Source of the DNA: Dehalococcoidia bacterium
GTDB taxonomy: Bacteria; Chloroflexota; Dehalococcoidia; Bin125
Length of the DNA stretch: 64,000 bases
Reading direction: 5' to 3'
Assembly (NCBI GenBank): GCA_965261225.1
Contig: OZ253456.1
Span: 264,431-328,430 of the forward strand
The position numbers and the translations under genes are program-made. How positions within the stretch are numbered: the first letter of the stretch is position 1; each line of letters opens with the position of its first letter. Under the pieces are notes generated by a model. The model was not told the DNA's origin, ran no database searches, and saw only the letters and a list, made by a program, of their open reading frames with translations. Below are positions 58,167-64,000 of the stretch, piece after piece.

Positions 58167-59033
58167 TTGGCCGGCTACGACCTGACGGTGCGGGACGGTC
58201 ATCCCGTCACGCCCGAAACGATTGGCACGGAGCTCGTGCCGTTTGTCCGGCAACTCACGGACGCCGGCCTGCAGGCGCCTTTGGCCACCATCGGCGGGAC
58301 CGTGCTGCCCGCCGGGGATCCCGCCACCGAGGCGGCGTGGGCGGCGTGCGCCGAGGCCGGCATCGGGATGATCAAGCTCGGCTACTGGCATTGGACCCGT
58401 GAGGGTCCCCACTATTGGGATCAGGTGGAGTCGGTGCGCGACGAGTTGCATCAATACGCCAGGCTGGCCGAGAGGTTCGAGGTGACAGCCGTATTCCACA
58501 CGCATTCAAATCATCTCTGGGGGACGACTCCGGCGCTGACTGCCCCGTACGGGTTCAGCGCATCCTCCCTCATGCATCTGATCGCAGACATCGACCCGCG
58601 GCACGTCGGCGCGTATATCGACCCGGCGCATCTGTCGCTAGACGGCGAACCGCTGGAGCTAGCGCTCGACATCCTCAAGAATCGGGTGGCCATCGTGGTC
58701 GTCAAGAACATGGTCTATCAGCCCACAACGGACGGCGATACGACCGTGTGGAGCCACGAGGCGTGTCCATTGCCGAAAGGCCTGGTCGATTGGCGCGCAG
58801 CGATCGCAGCGCTTCGCACGGCTGGGTATGACGGCTGGCTCAACCTGCATGCCGAATATGACGGTCGCTACGCCCGGGTCGTCGCTCCTGTCGCCAGCGG
58901 GGACGCTGGCAGCAGCACCAGGTCACCACCCTGGAAGCTCGATCCGACGGGGAACCTCGCCGAAACACCGCCCGTCCTGGACCTGCTGGAATCCGACATC
59001 GCGTATCTTGCGCAGATCGTCGCCGGTTCCTGA
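58167..59033 (+). CDS. Sugar phosphate isomerase/epimerase (xylose isomerase-like TIM barrel) family protein; start unclear (TTG).
   Basis: ..IGMIKLGYWHW..FHTHSNHLWG..DPAHLSLDG..WLNLHAEYDG.. pattern of metal-binding His/Asp/Glu. Confidence 0.55.
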   Translation: MAGYDLTVRDGHPVTPETIGTELVPFVRQLTDAGLQAPLATIGGTVLPAGDPATEAAWAACAEAGIGMIKLGYWHWTREGPHYWDQVESVRDELHQYARLAERFEVTAVFHTHSNHLWGTTPALTAPYGFSASSLMHLIADIDPRHVGAYIDPAHLSLDGEPLELALDILKNRVAIVVVKNMVYQPTTDGDTTVWSHEACPLPKGLVDWRAAIAALRTAGYDGWLNLHAEYDGRYARVVAPVASGDAGSSTRSPPWKLDPTGNLAETPPVLDLLESDIAYLAQIVAGS

Positions 59034-59089
59034 CCGTTCATCCACACGCGACGCGCGTCGGCGGGGGCCGTCAAAGGGAAGGACGCGCG

Positions 59090-60169
59090 ATGTCACTCCG
59101 AATTGGCATCCTGGGCGCCGGCCCTCATGTCAGGCAGTCAGTCCTGCCGGCGTTTCGCGCCCAGGGCTGGGAAGTGGGCGCCCTCTGCAGCATCGATCAG
59201 GATCTCCCCGAACAGGCCGCCCGGCTTGGCATCCCCGTCGCGACCGCGGATTACCGTGCGCTTGTCGAACGCGAGGACCTGGACGCGGTCGCGATCGCGA
59301 CGCCGACTCCCACCCACCGCGAGATCATGCTTGCCGCCGTCGCCGCAGGCAAGCACGTCCTCTGCGAGAAACCGATCGCTATGAATCTGCAAGAGGCGCG
59401 CGACATGCAGGCCGCGGCGCAGGCCGCCGGTGTGACTGCGATGATCGACTTCGAGTTTCGATTCGGTCCAACCCGCCTGCACGTCCAGCAACTCCTGGCC
59501 GACGGCTACGTGGGCGACCTGCGCCACGCGAGCATCGAGCTGATGACCGAGAGTCCATTCGTCAGCCCCGACCAGAGCTTCAGTTGGCACGACCAGGCGG
59601 CCCTGGGCGGCGGCACACTCAATGAACATGGCTCCCACTACATCGACATGCTGCGTCAATGGTTCGGGGAGATCAGCGATGTCAGCGCCCGCATGCACAC
59701 GTTCGTCGGCGAGCGCCGCGATCCCGAGAGGGGGGGCACCGTTCAGGCCGACGCCGATGACTTCTGGACCGCCAACATGACGCTGGCCGGCGGCGGACTC
59801 GTCACCCTGACCCAGTCCTGGGTCAGCGGGATTAGCCATGGACTGCGCGTCGCCATCGCCGGAACGGACGGCGCGGTCGTCGTCACGCAGAACGAAACGA
59901 TGCTCTCGGATGCGCCGGTGCGCGGTGGCAAGACCGGCGCGGCGCAGCTCGACGAGATTCCCCGCCCCGCCTCTCTACCACCCCTGGCAGACGCGCCCAG
60001 CTGGCGGGTCGCCGTCGTCCAGCGCCTGATTCACGAGTTTGAGCGCGGCATTCGCGACGGCATGTCGCCCGCGCCGAGCCTCCAGGACGGCCTCCGCTGT
60101 CAGGCCATCCTCGATGCCGTGCGCGAGTCGGCCCGGGACGGGCGCCGGGTGACCGTGCCCCCCGTCTGA
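59090..60169 (+). CDS. Gfo/Idh/MocA-family NAD(P)-dependent oxidoreductase.
   Basis: N-terminal Rossmann IGILGAGPHVRQSVLPAF..; EKP motif (LCEKPIAMN); 359 aa. Confidence 0.85.
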   Translation: MSLRIGILGAGPHVRQSVLPAFRAQGWEVGALCSIDQDLPEQAARLGIPVATADYRALVEREDLDAVAIATPTPTHREIMLAAVAAGKHVLCEKPIAMNLQEARDMQAAAQAAGVTAMIDFEFRFGPTRLHVQQLLADGYVGDLRHASIELMTESPFVSPDQSFSWHDQAALGGGTLNEHGSHYIDMLRQWFGEISDVSARMHTFVGERRDPERGGTVQADADDFWTANMTLAGGGLVTLTQSWVSGISHGLRVAIAGTDGAVVVTQNETMLSDAPVRGGKTGAAQLDEIPRPASLPPLADAPSWRVAVVQRLIHEFERGIRDGMSPAPSLQDGLRCQAILDAVRESARDGRRVTVPPV

Positions 60170-60211
60170 CCTGCTCGCCCGCTGAGCGAAGACCCCCATT
60201 GGCGCTGTGAC

Positions 60212-61336
60212 TTATCCGTTGCGTGTAAACACGACTCCCAGCATGGCGTCCGGATCGGCCAACGCTTCGGAGATGCCATCGTCCACGTCTTCGAAGGGGA
60301 TGACGTGTGTGATCAGCGTGTCCAGATCGAGCTTGCCCTCGGCGACCAGCCGCATGCACAGTTCCAGATTCGTGGTCGTGGTCCAGCGCACGAGGACCGG
60401 TGGGTAGCCGGGGCCGGATTCCCAGGCCTCGTCGTGATAGCCGGGCCCTGTCCGCATCGCGCTGCGGATGTCGAGGTTCGTTACCCCGGCGGATTCGTGG
60501 TCGCTGTAACTGAATCGCGCCAGCCCGACCACGACGATGGCGCCGGTCGGATGCCCATCGGGGGTCCGTTTCATGCACTGGGCGAGGCTCTGTACGGCCT
60601 GGCTCGCTTCGCCGCCGAACGCGATCGCTCCGCCGTCCAGGCCGTACCCGTCGGTGAACTCGCGTGTCCGAGCGACCGGATCTTCCGGTCCGACCGTCAC
60701 CGTCGCGTCGATGCCCCACTTGCGAGCGATCTCCGTGCGGAACGGAACGGTGTCCCAGCCGATGACGCGATTGCCCGCCAGCATGTGCAACTGCGCCGTG
60801 AGCTGACCCACGACGCCGAGCCCAACCACGGCACACGATTCACCGAAATTGAGGTCGGCTCGGCGCAGCGCGTTCAGCGCGGTGCCCATCAGCATCCCGT
60901 ACGACCCCTGCGCGTAGGACACCTGCTCGGGCAGCGGGACCGCGAGATGGTGCGGCACGATCGCGGTATCGGTGTGCAAGGCAATCCCTCCGCCGATACA
61001 GGCGACTCGTTCGCCCGGACGGAAGCGCGTCACGCCCTCGGCGACCGCGATCACGATGCCGGCATTCGAGTAGCCGCCATAGGCACGCGGTTCACCGGCT
61101 GCGTCCGGGGCTGCGTTCGCGGCTGTGTCCGACGACCTGCGATGCTCGGCCAGGCTGCGCCATCCGCCCAACACTTCGCGCTGGTCCCGGCCCCAGCTGA
61201 ACTCGCTGCCGGGACTGACCGACGACGCCCGCACATCGACGGCGATGCTGCCGGGTCGCAGTTCAGGAACGTCCTGTTCGATCAGCCGGATGTGGCCGTC
61301 GTCGAACCAGGCGGCGACGGTTCTCTTGCTCGGCAA
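60212..61336 (-). CDS. Medium-chain dehydrogenase/reductase (MDR, zinc-ADH-like fold; catalytic Zn ligands not obvious).
   Basis: ..GIVIAVAEGVTRFRPGERVA.. GroES-like region and ..CAVVGLGVVGQLTAQLHMLAGNRVIGWD.. NAD Rossmann; probable TTG start near 61336. Confidence 0.7.
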   Translation of the reverse strand: MPSKRTVAAWFDDGHIRLIEQDVPELRPGSIAVDVRASSVSPGSEFSWGRDQREVLGGWRSLAEHRRSSDTAANAAPDAAGEPRAYGGYSNAGIVIAVAEGVTRFRPGERVACIGGGIALHTDTAIVPHHLAVPLPEQVSYAQGSYGMLMGTALNALRRADLNFGESCAVVGLGVVGQLTAQLHMLAGNRVIGWDTVPFRTEIARKWGIDATVTVGPEDPVARTREFTDGYGLDGGAIAFGGEASQAVQSLAQCMKRTPDGHPTGAIVVVGLARFSYSDHESAGVTNLDIRSAMRTGPGYHDEAWESGPGYPPVLVRWTTTTNLELCMRLVAEGKLDLDTLITHVIPFEDVDDGISEALADPDAMLGVVFTRNG

Positions 61337-61353
61337 TGGCAACTCAGACCGCC

Positions 61354-62259
61354 CTACTTGATCGTGGCTGAAGTCCCGATCTTCTGCCAAATGGTCTCGC
61401 CGTGGCCTGTGTCCGCGACGCGCTGGAAGGCGCCCGGCGTCTCCGAGCCGGTGGGAATCAGACCTGCACAGGGATCGTCCGGGGAGATGTAGGTTCTCAC
61501 GGTCCCGGGCTCCCATTCCGCGGTCTGGAGCTGCGTTCCCCTGCCGAAGCTGTGGATCAGGACCTGTCCGCGCTTCCCGGCATGTGGCTGGAGCTGGCCC
61601 AGCTCGTGGATGGCGCCGATACGATCGCTCAGCTGCGGCTCGTCCGCGACGGATCCGGGCGTCAGCTCGAGGGAGAACCGCACGGCCCCTTCATAGAGCA
61701 CCTCTGCGCGATCACGTGCGATGGTCATCTCATCGGCGATGTACTTCGGCAGCCCCCAGACCAGGCCGATGTACGCGGTCAGCACGTTCGCGACCGGCAT
61801 GCTGGCCACGACCCACAGGTCCTTGCCGTTGTCGGGGCGCGTTGCCTTGACTAGCACCCATCCCTCGGGATAGCGCGTCGCGGGGTTGCCGCTGTTGAAG
61901 TCGACCAGGGTCAGGGCGACTTCGGGAACCGCAGGCATGCGCAGCGGATCCGGAATGTAGGAGCGGTAGACGTCCAGATCGGGCGGCTCGACGACGGTGA
62001 AGATGCCGGACGTACCAAGCCCGCTCGCGACCTGCTCCGGGGTAAGCGGCGTGTGCGGGACGACCATCTCCCGTCTGGTCGAGTCCGCGACGAATCGCTG
62101 TAGCCGCGCCACGCGGAAGCGGCCGTCGACCAGTCGGTCGACTTCCGATTGCACGGTTGAAGCCGTCGGTCCGGCGGAGGCGTGCTGCGGAGGCACGGCC
62201 TGGTCGGGAGGTACCGCCGTTTGCGTCGCGATGTGTTGAGAAATCGTTGCCGTCACCAT
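61354..62259 (-). CDS. Acetoacetate decarboxylase-like (ADC fold) family protein.
   Basis: Overall pattern and length fit the ADC-like beta-cone family; assignment is weak. Confidence 0.4.
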   Translation of the reverse strand: MVTATISQHIATQTAVPPDQAVPPQHASAGPTASTVQSEVDRLVDGRFRVARLQRFVADSTRREMVVPHTPLTPEQVASGLGTSGIFTVVEPPDLDVYRSYIPDPLRMPAVPEVALTLVDFNSGNPATRYPEGWVLVKATRPDNGKDLWVVASMPVANVLTAYIGLVWGLPKYIADEMTIARDRAEVLYEGAVRFSLELTPGSVADEPQLSDRIGAIHELGQLQPHAGKRGQVLIHSFGRGTQLQTAEWEPGTVRTYISPDDPCAGLIPTGSETPGAFQRVADTGHGETIWQKIGTSATIK

Positions 62260-62374
62260 GTCCTGAAGCCTCTCCGTGTCGCGTTCGTTCGCTGAGCGCG
62301 CACAGCCGTGTACTGGTTCGATACTAACGTTCGAGTGACCGCCTCCTTCAGTTATTCGATCAGCAGGTCTCCCA

Positions 62375-63277
62375 TCAGCGCAGGTTGCGCAGGCGCGGAT
62401 CGAGGGCGTCGCGGACCCAGTCGCCCATCATCATGGCGGTCAGCGAGATCAGCACGATGGCGATGCCGGGGATCCAGATCAGCCACCAGGCGATCGTCAT
62501 GAAGTTGCGCCCTTCGGAGATCATGACCCGCCAGGAGGAGGTCCCGGCCCCGACCCCGACGTTGAGAAAGCTCAGCCCCGCCTCGAACAGGATCACGGTG
62601 GCGACCTCCATCGTCATCAGGATGACGACCGTATTGAGCAGGTTGGGCAGCACATGGCGGGCGAGCACGCGCCGATCCGGCGCCCCGATCGAGCGCGCGG
62701 CGAGGACGAACTCCCGCTCGCGCAGCGAGAGCACGTCCCCCCGCACCAGGCGTGCGTAGCCGGACCAGGTCCAGAGCGTGATGATCAGGATCACGTTGCG
62801 CAGGCTGGGGCCCCAGACGGCGGCCACGAGGATGGCGAAGAGCAGCGCCGGGAAGGCCAGCTGCATGTCCACGACCCGCATCAGCACCCGGTCCGCCCAG
62901 CCCAGGCGCCAGCCGGCCAGCAGGCCGACCAGGGTGCCGACGACGGCCGCCGCGGGGACCGCGATCGCGACGACGGTCAGGGAGATGCGGGCGCCGGCCA
63001 GCAGGCGGGCGAGGATGTCGCGGCCCAGGTGGTCGGTGCCCAGGACGTGATCCCAGCTGCCCCCGTCGAAGACGGGCGGGAGCAGCTTGTCCGGGAGCAC
63101 GATCTCGCGCGGGTCGTAGACGGAGAGCAGGTCGGCGAAGATCGCCGCGACGAGGAACAGCGTCACGATCAGCACGGACGGCAGGAGCAGCGCCAGCCGT
63201 TTCCAGTTGCGCCTGCGGCGTGGGCTCGCGGACGCCAGGGCCGGGACCGCGACGTCCTGCCCGGCTGGCATTGACAT
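62375..63277 (-). CDS. ABC transporter permease (DppC/OppC-like).
   Basis: Six predicted TM segments and an EAA-like loop (..ARSIGAPDRRVLARHVLPN..); 300 aa. Confidence 0.8.
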   Translation of the reverse strand: MSMPAGQDVAVPALASASPRRRRNWKRLALLLPSVLIVTLFLVAAIFADLLSVYDPREIVLPDKLLPPVFDGGSWDHVLGTDHLGRDILARLLAGARISLTVVAIAVPAAAVVGTLVGLLAGWRLGWADRVLMRVVDMQLAFPALLFAILVAAVWGPSLRNVILIITLWTWSGYARLVRGDVLSLREREFVLAARSIGAPDRRVLARHVLPNLLNTVVILMTMEVATVILFEAGLSFLNVGVGAGTSSWRVMISEGRNFMTIAWWLIWIPGIAIVLISLTAMMMGDWVRDALDPRLRNLR

Positions 63278-64000
63278 TAGGCCGCTCCCGCCCGAATGCG
63301 GGGGTCGACCAGCCGGTAGGAGATGTCGACGACGATGTTGGCCAGCACGATCGAGACCGCGATCAGCAGGATTGCGGTCTGCGTGACCGGGAAGTCGCCC
63401 CCGTCGATCGCCTGGATCGTCAGCCGGCCGATGCCGGGCCAGGCGAAGACTGTCTCCACGATGATCGCGCCGGCGATCAGCCGGCCCGACTGGAGACCGA
63501 GGATCGTCACCACCGGCAGCAGCGCGTGGCGCAGGGCGTGGCGAACGACGACCGTGCGCTCGGACAGGCCCTTGGCCCGCGCCGTGCGCACGAAGTCCGC
63601 GCCCATCGCGTCGATCATGCCGGAGCGGGTCAGCCGCATGAGTGCGGCGGCGGTGAACGTGCCCATCGTGATCATGGGCAGGATCATGTGTTTGAGGCTG
63701 CCGCTGCCGCCGGTGGGCAGCCAGCCCAACTCAACGCTGAAGAAGAAGATCAGCATCAAGCCCAGCCAGAAGTCGGGCACGGCCTGGCCGAACACGGCCA
63801 GCAGCCGGGCCAACCAGTCCGCCGGACGGCCGCGGCGCAACGACGCGATCACGCCCGTCAACAGGCCCAGCACGAGGGCGAACAGCAGCGCGCCGACGCC
63901 CAGCTGCAGCGTCTTCACGACCCGCGAGCTGGCTTCGCCGAGGGCGTCCCGGCCGTTGAGCAGTGACCGGCCCATGTCGAGCTGGACCGTGTTCCAGAGG
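63277..64000 (-). CDS. ABC transporter permease (DppB/OppB-like), N-terminus beyond the window end.
   Basis: TM segments plus EAA loop (..ARAKGLSERTVVVRHALRHALLPV..); the frame is open to the window edge. Confidence 0.75.
   Translation of the reverse strand, partial: LWNTVQLDMGRSLLNGRDALGEASSRVVKTLQLGVGALLFALVLGLLTGVIASLRRGRPADWLARLLAVFGQAVPDFWLGLMLIFFFSVELGWLPTGGSGSLKHMILPMITMGTFTAAALMRLTRSGMIDAMGADFVRTARAKGLSERTVVVRHALRHALLPVVTILGLQSGRLIAGAIIVETVFAWPGIGRLTIQAIDGGDFPVTQTAILLIAVSIVLANIVVDISYRLVDPRIRAGAA

Noticed and set aside
57822-58505. 227-aa minus-strand ORF
   Set aside because: It overlaps the sugar-phosphate isomerase gene; Arg/Gly/Pro-rich; no motif.
1-64000. Genome-wide stop-codon reassignment (TAG, TGA or TAA read as sense)
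   Set aside because: Each of the three codons also terminates clearly intact genes here (TAG: BVMO; TGA: mod, res, hydrolase; TAA: HNH). Only the two AhpD-like TGAs have context-specific support (Sec).

Overview
The window is a high-GC (about 62-66%) bacterial chromosomal segment, apparently from a host-associated actinobacterium- or Chloroflexi-like organism; this is an inference from gene content only. It shows heavy gene decay together with mobile-element activity, and it contains one strong candidate for a previously unannotated feature.

**Gene content (left to right)**
- Two giant secreted multi-domain surface proteins: an FN3/Ig-like/beta-propeller protein on the minus strand, and a subtilisin/kexin-like S8 protease with PPC, P-domain, FN3, cadherin-like and beta-propeller modules.
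- A Baeyer-Villiger monooxygenase, an acyl-CoA carboxyltransferase, an HNH nuclease, and several hydrolases.
- An asp23/amaP stress locus and an ECF sigma factor with its anti-sigma factor.
- An intact Type III R-M system (mod/res).
- A half-hsdS plus trypsin-like protease plus hsdR-N remnant module.
- A tandemly duplicated AhpD/CMD-like gene pair.
- An IS-rich block (two IS427-like IS5-family copies, an intact IS630, an IS5-family remnant, and two MITE-like palindromic elements) carrying a plant-type LRR protein and an orphan cysC.
- An AbiE (abiEi/abiEii) pair.
- Sugar and redox enzymes and ABC permeases at the right edge.

**Main observations**
- Both AhpD-like paralogs carry an in-frame TGA exactly at the second Cys of the C-x-x-C-x-x-x-H motif. 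The downstream reading frame is conserved in both copies, and a hairpin starts 15-17 nt after the UGA. This points to selenocysteine-containing proteins currently split into two ORFs each.
- Many otherwise conserved genes are broken by single nonsense codons: TAG in both giant surface proteins, TGA in ddl, TAA in an ABC substrate-binding protein and in an RCC1 gene. Others are broken by frameshift or deletion (mgtE, P450, hsdR, MscS, ddl-M20 fusion) or have lost the catalytic nucleophile (alpha/beta hydrolase).
- Together with the IS load and eukaryote-like domains (LRR, RCC1, cadherin, FN3), this suggests a decaying, host-associated genome, or alternatively an error-prone assembly.

No rRNA, tRNA or CRISPR array could be supported.
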